This document shows positions 24,319 to 35,200 of a stretch of DNA of 64,000 nucleotides, piece after piece. Both the position numbers and the translations under genes were made by a program. The DNA lies in NCBI GenBank assembly GCA_964106915.2, contig OZ066915.1. One strand, given 5' to 3'. The notes beneath the pieces are model-generated. The model was not told the origin of the DNA and searched no databases. It worked only from the letters and a program-made list of their open reading frames with translations. Origin of the DNA: Podarcis gaigeae. Taxonomy: Eukaryota. Numbering within the stretch: position 1 is the stretch's first letter; each line of letters begins with the position of its first letter.

Positions 24319-25994
24319 GATAGGTGCTCTCAGTTCCCACCCCATGGAGTTGGTACAGGAGTATATTATGGACAATGATAACAAAAGCCATAAGGAGAAA
24401 GAGAAGCAGGAGTAAGGTTGTAGTTCCCCTGGTTCCACTCTCAGGGGTTACTTAAGCCAGTGCAGTCCCATAGCTTGGCATAGACATAATGCAAAAACAA
24501 GAGTAGTTGTGTGCTTTTTCCTGTTATTCTTTGTCTGCCTTCCTTCTTTAAGCTACTTTAGTTGTAACATGTCATTATCTCCATGATACTTGCATATTTC
24601 TTTCACTGGCTTTTTCATGCATTCTCATAGTTTCTGCTCATTGAACACATCTAGTTGCATTTGCTGTAGGAGGAGAGACACAAATTGCAGAATGCATACT
24701 CAGATATAGCTCGTAGGGAGCAAGTTCCTTGCCCAACACAGACAAGCCTCTGAAAGAGCTATTTCACCGTATATTTGATGAAAAGTGCCAATTTGACTCA
24801 CTGCCCATATAGCAACTTTAATGAAAATAAGTATGTTAGTAACAAAAATGGGCATTAATTCCTGTCTCAATCCTTTTAAATATCATCAGCTACTCTGTTA
24901 TATCAATGCACCAAGTTCAATCATGTATAAACAGGCAAAATAAGCTGCTTCAGGGGAACACAAAATTTAAGGAAGTGTGTCCAATCAAAACAGAAACTGA
25001 AGCAGGCTGTTTTCGACAGATTTGGGATTTCTTTGAACTTTTGAAAATCTAGTGGAATACTGCAAAAATTTAGCACTCATCTCCGTGTTAATTGCTTCTA
25101 GAAAAGATCTATTTGCAACCTCTTTAAACTGGAAAATTGTGGGAGTTTTGAACTGTAATTTCCCCATGGTTTTCATGGATCATGCCATTGCCATTCACAC
25201 AACAAAATTTGGAGCAGTATTCTGGCATACAGTTCTTTCCCACCATTTGCATGGATGAATCATGAAGTGCAATATTAGACATTTCTTGCAATTTGGCTTT
25301 TAAACACTAATTTTAGCTATTATTATTAAGCAGCATAATTAAGATGCTAATTTGTAATATATACCTTGAAAACAAATAGGACAGTAGAATAATAGCATGC
25401 AACATCTGCTGTGCTTTGTCTCATGGTAAGTAGCTCAGTACATAAATCTTGGTACTGAGATGCTACCAGTGTTTGGGCATTTTCTTAGAATTCAACCAGC
25501 AGGATGCCAAACAGCTGTCCCAATTGTTCTAAACACATTCAGGCAGCACACTCATTCAAGCATGCTCTCAACTCTCCAGTCATTCAGCACTTGAAGAAGT
25601 TAAATCTGTTATTGTGACTTATACATACGCTCATTGCTAAAATTATTGCAGTGCTATTATATGATCTTCACTTCCGGATACAGCTTTTGAATAGAGAAAA
25701 CACTCACGCCTTTTTTCCTTAGATGGTGTGAAGCTAACGCTGTCCATTGTAGAAATGTCCCAATCTTTCTCAGACACTATTTTTACTGAGATGTCTTCTT
25801 TTTTCATGTCTTGGTCAGGTTTTTGCATTCTCCAGGCAAACCAGAGCTGTTCAAAAGATTCACAGGCAAACAGAGCTGTTCAAGGGACAATTCTGCTGTT
25901 TTCCAGGTGTAACACATGTGCTAATGGTTTGCACATAGTGGGAATTTCACCCCTATTATCAGAGCCATATTTGAAATGCAAAAACCTAGAGATC

Positions 25995-26489
25995 CTAATG
26001 GTTGGGATTCATCTGTCTTGGGACACATTGGAGGAGTGCACCTTTGCAGGTGAGGTCAGGCTGTTGGAAGATTGCAGCATCTGCTGTGGCTGTAGAGACT
26101 GATGTGGGAGACATGTTTGTTGCAGCTAGGGCTGATGAAGAAATCCAGTTGTGCTGCTGCAGATGCACCATGGCATTTCTTTTCTCTGTGCTCCTCCCAG
26201 CATTCATTTCTCTTCTGGTCACTGACATAGACACACAACTTGACTGCCTGTCTCCAGGTCCTGCTGTTGTCTGCAAGGGATTCCCACATGGCAGGATTAG
26301 TGTTGCCAGCCTTCATGTGCTCTCCCAAGCCCACATTTACAGCATTTACTCCTGTCTCAGTGACATCTATGTTGTCTTGGTCAAATCCACAGAATGGAAG
26401 ATGGCAAGATCCCAAAGGACGTGCTCTATGGGGACCTGGCTTCTGGCACCAAGCAGACCAACTCTGCATTCCAAAGATGTCTACAAAGT
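25995..26489 (-). mobile_element. RTE-clade LINE 3' fragment with inverted 5' segment
   Basis: Minus strand 26318-26040: MKAGNTNPAMWESLADNSRTWRQAV...SPSCNK...LYSHSRCC. Plus strand 26315-26489: LSQAHI...HRMEDGKIPKDVLYGDLASG...RPTLHSKDVYK. Confidence 0.8.
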
Positions 26490-28746
26490 TCATAATATTA
26501 TGCAAATTACTAAAATTAGGCCTTATGAACTGGTCTTTGTCATTTATGTTCTCATCACTTCCAGATTAGATTAGTGTAATGCACTTTCTATGGGGCTGTA
26601 TTTTAAAGGGCAGATTATCTTAATCTGGAAACTGCTTTTTCTATCTCCAAGGATTTGTACTGATTCGTTTTGGGGAAGGAATGATCTTCCACCTCACAGC
26701 GTTGTTATTCCACCACATCCAATTCTGTTGGCATGTTGGGACCCAGAGAGGAAATGTCTGTATTAATATTTGGAGTGTGGGAATGTATATTTATCCATGG
26801 AATTTCTAATCATTTTTACCCCTCCCAAGTGAAAAAACAATCTGAGTTTGCAGCTTGCTTGTTTTATTTCTAAAACATAGCAATCAAAGGAAAAATAATC
26901 AATTGGGCTAATAATGGACATCTCCCCCTTGGGCTTTTCCATTATTTTGTAACAGAGTTATCCCAGGGCTTGTATGAGACTGTGACAACATCAAAAAATA
27001 TTTTCTAAAGAAAGAAATGGCACAAGAGAGGCGGACACTGAATGACAAAACTCCCAAGGGCAAAAGGCTAAATGAGCCTAGCCAGTAACAAGAATGTATA
27101 TTTTCCTATAATAGGACAGTCAATGTTCTTCTTGTTTCCCATGATAAAAGTTCTTCGTTCATTTGAGGATGCATAAGACCACAAAGCTCCCTTCAAGGAC
27201 AAACCCAGGTATTTACTTAGCACAAAATAAGGCACAAAAATTAGTCCGACCATGGCGTATTTGCAGCAAAATTTGTTCAGACTGACAGATTTCCATTTTC
27301 TGTTGGTTGGTTTGCATCACTGTTTTTACTCCTGTCATGGCTATTACAACACTTAGGGCTTAACTACACATTAAAGCAATAAACGCCTACTTCCAGTTCA
27401 CTTCTCCCACATTTCCTCAGTATCTTTTTAGCTTAACAAGATGCAGGTATGGCCTCTTCACATTCAGTGTTCCCCTCCTAATGCTGCACTATGTTGATTA
27501 CCTGCTGTAAACAATGGGCATGCTAAATGTTTGGGTCAACTAAATTTTACTAGGGAGATGCATGCTGGGAATGGCCATATGTTCCTCATACTAGCTAGTT
27601 AGTCATTCTCATTATGCAAGCCTTCCATGTTTCACCGCAATATATGTGCTCAGACACATGTGGTACATGGGCCATATGTCACCTGTCTAAGCCTTTCCTT
27701 TGGCCCTCCAGGGTTGCCCAACCTGTCCCACTGATTTCACCCTATCCAGTGCTCCTGTTGGCCCAGCAAACAGCTGTTTGATGGGTTGCAGGGAGAATTT
27801 GCATGAAAGGAGGGTATATGGGGATGACTTCCTCCCCCATCACAACTGTGCTTCCTTCAACCTAAGGAGAGTGTGGTTGCCAGCATGAATTAGCTGGGGT
27901 GTGCAGGGAGGCACATGATGAGATCCCATCATGCACCCTCTCCCCACCCTCAGATGATTGACACTTGGACAAACTGAGCAATCACAAGTTACCATCTCCT
28001 CTGCACCTGCCCCAGTTTATCATCTTTTAAGAATTTGAGTCAGGGACACTTTTGGACATATGATTACAGCCAGAGAATAGATGCACCTACAGAGTAATCA
28101 GATAAGACCTGGAACATTGTAGTGTTGGGACAAAGTGCCACTCAGCCTACTATAAGTGCCTGTTGGTCACATTTGCAAATTAAGGAAATAAAATGTTTTC
28201 TGTTTACCGAAACACGGGCTTGACAAATTGGGTAAAAGAGGAGTGCATTTGGGAGGAAATTGGAAAAGGATATAGTCAAGATAATGTTATGTTAATGAAA
28301 CCCGCAAGGGGACTCATTTTGGTCTAATAGAATGGCAGAAAGAGGTGATTTATGAATCCCCACTGTTCAAAAATGAGATAAAATACAGGATTATTCAACG
28401 CAAGAAAAAGGCTCAGATATCAGATTTGGCAGCTTTAATCTGATAACAACCCTCTAATTTATCGTCTTTGTGCAGCTCTGCCAGCTGTGATGAGTCCTCA
28501 TAAACCTTCAATAAAAGTAAGAATATGCCAGAAGATTTTGTCCTAAAAAGAGTTATCAAAAGTAAAGAAGATAAAGCCCCCTGTGTGATGTCATTTCATT
28601 AGCAAGCCCTTCTGCCCTAGCTGTGTTTATTGCATCATCAGCCTGGGTTCCACAAAGATCTCTGGGGCCTTGGTCCCCTATCACCCAAGCCCATTTGCCC
28701 TTGCTCCCCTTACCTTGAGAGGCTAAGAAGGAGGAAGTAATATGGT

Positions 28747-28865
28747 GGGGAAGGGCCAAATGCTTGGTTGTAAAGCATCTGCTTTGCATTCAGAGGGTCC
28801 CAGGTTCAATCCCTAGCATCCCCAGGAGAGCTGGGATACACTCCATCTGAAATCCTGCAGAGCTA
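28747..28865 (+). mobile_element. Old tRNA-head SINE (Squam3-like)
   Basis: GCATCTGCTTTGCAT..AGGGTCCCAGGTTCAATCCCTAGCATC (B-box GGTTCAATCC). Confidence 0.65.
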
Positions 28866-29949
28866 GTATACATAAGTCTGGTTGGAAAATAGGGCTACAA
28901 CATGTCCATATACAAATATGCTGACAGATGTTTTAGAAGCATGAACTGCATGGGATATCAATGGGAGATGAACAGCTTGATCCTGTACTATTGCTGGCGT
29001 GTTTGCACTGCACCAACCTCCCTATCACCTCTGCATCTCACTCACACACTAAACAACAGCAGCTCACCTGCCAAGAAATTAGCACAGCAGCTCTGGCCCA
29101 CCAGAGAAGCAGCTTCTGAAAGATGCTCCCTGCATCAGAAGTTTATCCTCCTTCTCAGGGGGTGAGAGGGATGACAATAGAGGAAGGTGTAGCTCTCCTA
29201 ACATGATGCTACCCTCTTGGGAGATTAGCAAGCTTGAAGAAGGCTACAAAAATCCGATTTCTAGAACCCCAAACTCTAATCTTGTGGTGAGTTTCAATCC
29301 TTTTTATTGTTTCATGTTACAGAACAGAGATATGCCTACCATAATGGCCACCAAGGGCAGGTGTTGCTCAGTTTTGCATTTCCTTGCATTTTGCATTATG
29401 CATGTCTACTGAGATGTAAGGCCCATTACATGGGCTTTCCTGGGTAAGTGAGTATGTAGAGCTACAGCCCAATTCCCCCTGTTTTAGGAGTCACTAACTG
29501 GCAATGGAGATCTTGGCCTTGGAGAGACTTTATAAAAATGAAATCATTTTTGTGGTGTTAATTGATAATGAAAATAAGCATGAACTAATGTATTAAAAAT
29601 CTCTGCATGATGAGCAATTAACTCAAATTACTCAAGCAATTACCTAGAGACAGATTATTCTACAACTCTGAAGCCTTTTATTGTGGTGATAGCTATCTCC
29701 CTACAAAAATTAATCCTAATTTATTTTATCATGATCTTCTAACTATTTTAAATAACAAGAAAATGTTGGACATTTTGCCTGAGGGAAACTTTTTGCAACT
29801 TTAGAAAGCACACCTGCCTAGCTAAACCTTAAACTAATACATGGAAGTATTTTCATGCAGAAGTTTAAGGATCACCCTATGATGTACATAAAATTGGGGC
29901 GACCCCTTGAGATCACCATTTTGGGAGTGCTTTGTCATTTTGTGCCCAG

Positions 29950-30900
29950 GCTAGAAGACCCCCCCCCCGACCCCAGAGAGTCCACCAGAAGGAAAGAATA
30001 ACTCATGACAACGTGTTATGAGATTAAATTGGCCTCAACTTTATCAATTCTGTCAGATGTAGCTATTATCCCTCCCAGCCCCCCAGCTGGGGGACTGGGG
30101 CTCATCAGGGTTAATCAGATCTGGGGATGGGGCACTGCAAGACACTTGTGTACACAGGCTGCCCACCCCCTTTCCCACACAACAGAGGGGAGTTCACTGA
30201 CAACCTTTCAGTGTATGACCAGTGGCTCCCTTTTACACAAACACAGGGAGGGTCGGGTGGGTGAAGCTCCAGAGCTGACTGTGTGCTTTGCCATCGGCTC
30301 CGCCCCTAATGAACATCATGAGCGGACCAGAGTGAAGCCTGCTCACTGTTCGTCCACTTGGCTGGCCCCGCCTCCACCAATGTCGCCGATTGGATCATTT
30401 GAATTGAGGTTTGGCAGGAACCTCCAATGGCTGTGACATCAGACAGGCGGGCCTGCGCAAGCAGCTGGGAAGTCCCATGCGGAGTGAGCATTCATTGTCC
30501 CATCAGACCCCATTTGGGCATTTGAACAAACTCTCCATCCACCTGGATTAAGGATCCAACCTAATGCCTTATCCGCCATCAAGTTGTTACAATTGTTATG
30601 AGGTAGGTAAAACCCCCAGACAGGCCCAATCTGTTTGAAGGCAAATTCATCTCTGACCCAAAATATGGTGACCAAAGGCTTCCATTTCAAGGTCTAATGC
30701 AGGGCATGCCCACCTACCTGCGTGCAGTCCCACACCTAAAACGTGGGTTGGGTTGGTGGGGAATCTAGCATAAACTGAGGCTGAGGCCTGGACACAGCTG
30801 GCTTTTATAACCCTCTTCCCAAACCATGCCCCCAAGCTTCCCCACAATTGGCTGCAACTGCCGGCGAGCCCCAGCAGCCAGCACGGCTAGAAGAGGAGGA
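29950..30900 (-). mobile_element. Second, more diverged DIRS/Ngaro-like non-coding element
   Basis: On the minus strand: TATAAAAG (about 30805), GGTTTTACCTACCTCATAACAATTGTAACAACTT (30581-30614, homologous to 7021-7057), CACCCACCCGACCCTCCC (about 30250) and GATAAAGTTGAGGCC (about 30031-30045). Confidence 0.5.
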
Positions 30901-31863
30901 AGTGATGCCTTTCCCTGGCTGTGCCAAGGCTGGAAGACCATCCCACTGCTGCAGCCATGCCGGACCATGACATCCCCTCCAGCTGGCTGTAAGTTATTAT
31001 GCAGAAAGGGAATATGACTGAATCCAGGTACATCTTCCCATGGCGATGTGATAACTATGTGTAACTCCCTGCACCACCAATTGTTTCTATGTAAATAAAA
31101 CGAGGAGAGTGTGGTTGGCTTCCCTTTTGATCTCTACTTCAAGGTGTGATGATTTAAAGCTTTAGCTTGCAGTGAGAGAATCTGCAGATGCCTCCAAGTA
31201 TTTTATGTGCCCTTTGTCTCTGGCCTTCTTTGTACCTGGCACTTCTTATTACCTCCTTTCCCTTTAGTTCCCGTGCAGAGTAGGCCCTGTTAACTTGCAT
31301 TAACAACATCACACCCTTTGAGCCAATGCAATGTGAAAATGTGCTTTCAGTGCTTCCAAACACGTTCTTGCAGCATGTTCAACACACACGCAATTAAGAT
31401 GCTGAGAAGTATTGAATGCTGGACAGCAACGCTAATAATAGGGACAACCACCGCGATGCAAATATTGAAAGCATTCTTGTGTCTTGATGGTTGAATGTCC
31501 TCCACACAAAAGCGGGAGCAGCTAAGTAGAAACTTGATGAGCAGTACCAAGCGTAGCTATTTTTAGAACTAGGCATGTTAATGTTTCTATTTGTTGCAGA
31601 GCCCCAAGGAGTTCTTCAGCACTCTTGCTTTTATGGTATTTCTGCTACCAGGGAAACGTGTGTGTGCGCTGTACAACTGCAATTTTTCCCATCTTGACTT
31701 AAAGATGCAAAAAATCAGTTCCAATGTAGATATTCCAAAATTTCGGTTCCAAAATAGATATAGAAATAGATGGATAGATACTGTATTTTGTTAATGCCAT
31801 TTATTTTCTTGGCAATGAATGACGCCTTCCTTTAGCAGTATTTGTCCAAATGACCTTTTGTGG

Positions 31864-32191
31864 NNNNNNNNNNNNNNNNNNNNNNNNNNNNNNNNNNNNN
31901 NNNNNNNNNNNNNNNNNNNNNNNNNNNNNNNNNNNNNNNNNNNNNNNNNNNNNNNNNNNNNNNNNNNNNNNNNNNNNNNNNNNNNNNNNNNNNNNNNNNN
32001 NNNNNNNNNNNNNNNNNNNNNNNNNNNNNNNNNNNNNNNNNNNNNNNNNNNNNNNNNNNNNNNNNNNNNNNNNNNNNNNNNNNNNNNNNNNNNNNNNNNN
32101 NNNNNNNNNNNNNNNNNNNNNNNNNNNNNNNNNNNNNNNNNNNNNNNNNNNNNNNNNNNNNNNNNNNNNNNNNNNNNNNNNNNNNNNNNNN
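31864..32191. other. Assembly gap (328 N)
   Basis: Run of N. Confidence 1.
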
Positions 32192-33728
32192 TTTGAAAAT
32201 ACAGGCAACTAAAAATAACCCCACAACTTTAAAGCATAACAAGCTCATTAAAAGAATAAAGAAACAAACTGATTACAATCCTTAGTATATTGTGCTTACA
32301 GAACAACTAGGTCACTATATACTATCTCCAAAATGCCCCATATTTTGCCACTTTCAATTGTCTAGTAGGATACACTGAAGAAACAGGCTCTAGGCAAGGA
32401 GGCCTGGATCATCTAGGAAGATATCCAGCAGGATACAAGCTGCAGTAACTGGGCCCTCAGACTGATGGACCAAAAACCATCCTTATGGAGATGTTACACC
32501 TGTAACTATCAGACAGTAAGTTTTTTCTAGTTGATCTTCATGGAACTCAGCAGATCCCTGGTCAAGAGCATGTGTCATCCATGATTTTTGTTACAACAGA
32601 GTGCATCCTTTGGGAAGTGTGCAACATTCTTTTTGAAACGCAACAACATAATTATGATTATTTTATCTCTTTCATAATTACGAGTAATCGTTTTTTCATC
32701 CATATGAAATGAGAAATATGAAATGGTTATTATTTTCATGTTCATTAGTTATTGGGAATTTATAAGGAAACCCCACCCCCAATTTTATCCATTGCTTCTC
32801 TTTCCAGACATGACCAGGGTCCCAAAGACCCCTCTTCCCTTAGTGGTGCCTATAATAGAAAGAGTCACAATTCTGTGATGTGATGGTTATGCAAAGTGAC
32901 AAGTGGCTGGGAGATTGAAGCATCTGTCTTTCTTGGTCTCTTCCCGCAAGAGGCAGCAGTGAACAGACGTGACATGATCAGAACAGAAGTCTGGACTAAA
33001 TCTTTCACAGTCTGTTAGGGGAGGCAGAGATGGCTGCCGGAGAATGTTTCTCAGCAAGATGCCATACTACTATAGTATTTCTACAAAAGGGGGCGGGAGA
33101 AATCCATACATTCATTTTTTAAAAAATAAAAATGTCATTCTTTATTCTCTGACAATAAACATGTGGCAGAAATTAATATCTATTTCCATCTCCCCTTTTT
33201 ATTCCATCTTTTGGGACCTGATTTAGATTTTGACTTTTAAAACATGCATATATATTTCCCTCAAGACCTGCTAGTAAAATACTATTATGGGCTTTGCTAT
33301 CAGATTTTAGTGAGCAAAAGAATCACTGTGTTTGGCAGGATGCCCTGGAAAACTCTGGGAGTGGGCTGAGCTGGTGCTGATAATTGTTTGTTGTGGTATG
33401 TATATTTGTATTGTAAATCGACCTGTGGTCTTCAGATGAAGGGCAGTATAGAAATTTTCATAATAATAATGTTCTGAATAGGAAAAACCACATAGAGAAG
33501 GGGAAAGGGACATAATTTGCATCAGCGGTGCAATCTGGATATATGTTTCAAAATAAACCACAGCGGCTGCAATTTGAGGGAGAGACACAAAGAATAAGAT
33601 TTGAGTTGGTAGGGGGAATCTGCAAGTTAGTAGAACCAGGAGATACAGTGGTGTGTCTCTCTGAAGATCTGATAGATTTAGCCATCCATTGGAATGGTCA
33701 AGCTGTGCCTCTACCACCAGTGCTCAGC

Positions 33729-33732
<4 letters not shown>

Positions 33733-33776
<44 letters not shown>
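33733..33776. repeat. (TG)n microsatellite
   Basis: About 22 perfect units. Confidence 0.95.
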
Positions 33777-33780
<4 letters not shown>

Positions 33781-34842
33781 AAAACAAAATATTACAAAAT
33801 TCCAATAAGCCTCCAGTAACCTCAGAAACTGGGGTAAGCACTGCTCTCTAGAAAACTGCTTATACTTCTTTGTAACTAGAAAAAAATGCTAGTAAATTGC
33901 TAGTATTGGTTCACTCTGAACCCAAGGGGGGGAAAATATGTAATTCTGAATGCTTTATTAAACTAGAAAAATGCAGGCCATGCACAGTAGATTTCCTAGC
34001 TTCCCCCAGCCCTCCTGCACCCCCTGTATCCACATTTTGTAGCTTCTGGGTATGTTTAGAGACATTGCTGAATTACAATTTAAAAAAAAAATCTCCCAAG
34101 GCAATCCAAGAAGGCATAATGTATTTTCTTTTAAAAAGCCAATTATTGGATTTCATTGCACACTCACATATCATGTTTGCTACAGCCATCTTCCACTTAT
34201 TTCAGTAAGCATAATCATGTTGAAACTCACTGCTGTCAGCCTGAAAAGAAACCATTTATGCCTGTGGATTCACAGCATGTATAAGAAAATATAGATCAAT
34301 ATGGTGTGTGCTGGTGGCATCTCTGTTTCTCTGCCCCCATCCTACTTTCCACCAAGAGAGGGGTTCTTATTGCCAAGGTGAATCTCTCACTCCAAACTCC
34401 ATCGCCAAGCTGGCATCTGAAAACACAGTGTACACCTCCACCCTAGCATTCACAGGCACTGCCCCTCTATAAGGTCAGGCACAATGTCTCTCTCACTCAA
34501 ACATCTCAGGAGCAGGTGGGTGGAGTGGATGCCTTAACTCCACAGAATCAACACATCACGAACATCTGAGAATGCAATTGAGTGAGGCAGAGATCTCAAG
34601 TTCCTTGAATACTCTTCGCTACCTGAAGAGAATTCGCAAACAACTACAGAGTCTAGCGGAGTCCGATTCAAAGATATTTAACCCACTTATACACAGTAGC
34701 ATTAAAATAAGCAATGTCTTCCACTGTATTCATGCCTTAGGGTGCTTTTAGACTGTCCCTGCTTTCCAGAAGGGATTCAAGTGCTTACCAGAACTCTGAG
34801 TTTCTGCAGTTAAAGCTGATTAAGATCTCTGCTGCCCTAGTG

Positions 34843-35200
34843 CAGGGATGTCCAACAGGTCGATCGCGATCTACTGGTAGATCCCCTGGGAAGATTTGGT
34901 AGATCGCAGTCAATCGCTGGGTCCCTTTCCTTAGCGTTGGCAAAATCTGGCCCTGCCCTCCATTGTTGCAGAATCTGCAGAACGGAAGACGGAGTTTACT
35001 CAGTGATGCTGTTTGTTTCCCCAGCGATTTGTTGCTGAGTGGCTGTTCCCCTTTCTCCCCAGAGCTCAGGCTTCAATTCTCAAAAATCAGGGCTTTCCTC
35101 CTCCCTAAAAAAAGCCCAACAACCTTACCCTTCACCCCGAAAAATGGGTCTTCTCTTCCTTAAAAAAGCTGAACAACTTTGACCGGAACCTCCCCCCCCC
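34843..35200. mobile_element. One end of a hAT-Charlie-like DNA transposon
   Basis: CAGGGATGTCCAAC start followed by GATCGCGATCTAC/GTAGATC subterminal repeats; no partner TIR seen. Confidence 0.55.

Noticed and set aside
26002-26574. 190-aa plus-strand ORF
   Set aside because: Chimeric read-through of antisense RTE plus the inverted RTE segment; not a gene.
30070-30110. CTGATGA plus hairpin on the minus strand as a hammerhead ribozyme
   Set aside because: No GAAA after the stem and no stem I/III with a cleavage triplet; the sister element lacks CTGATGA at this position.
31801-32285. Long ORFs of X residues
   Set aside because: Artefacts of the N gap.
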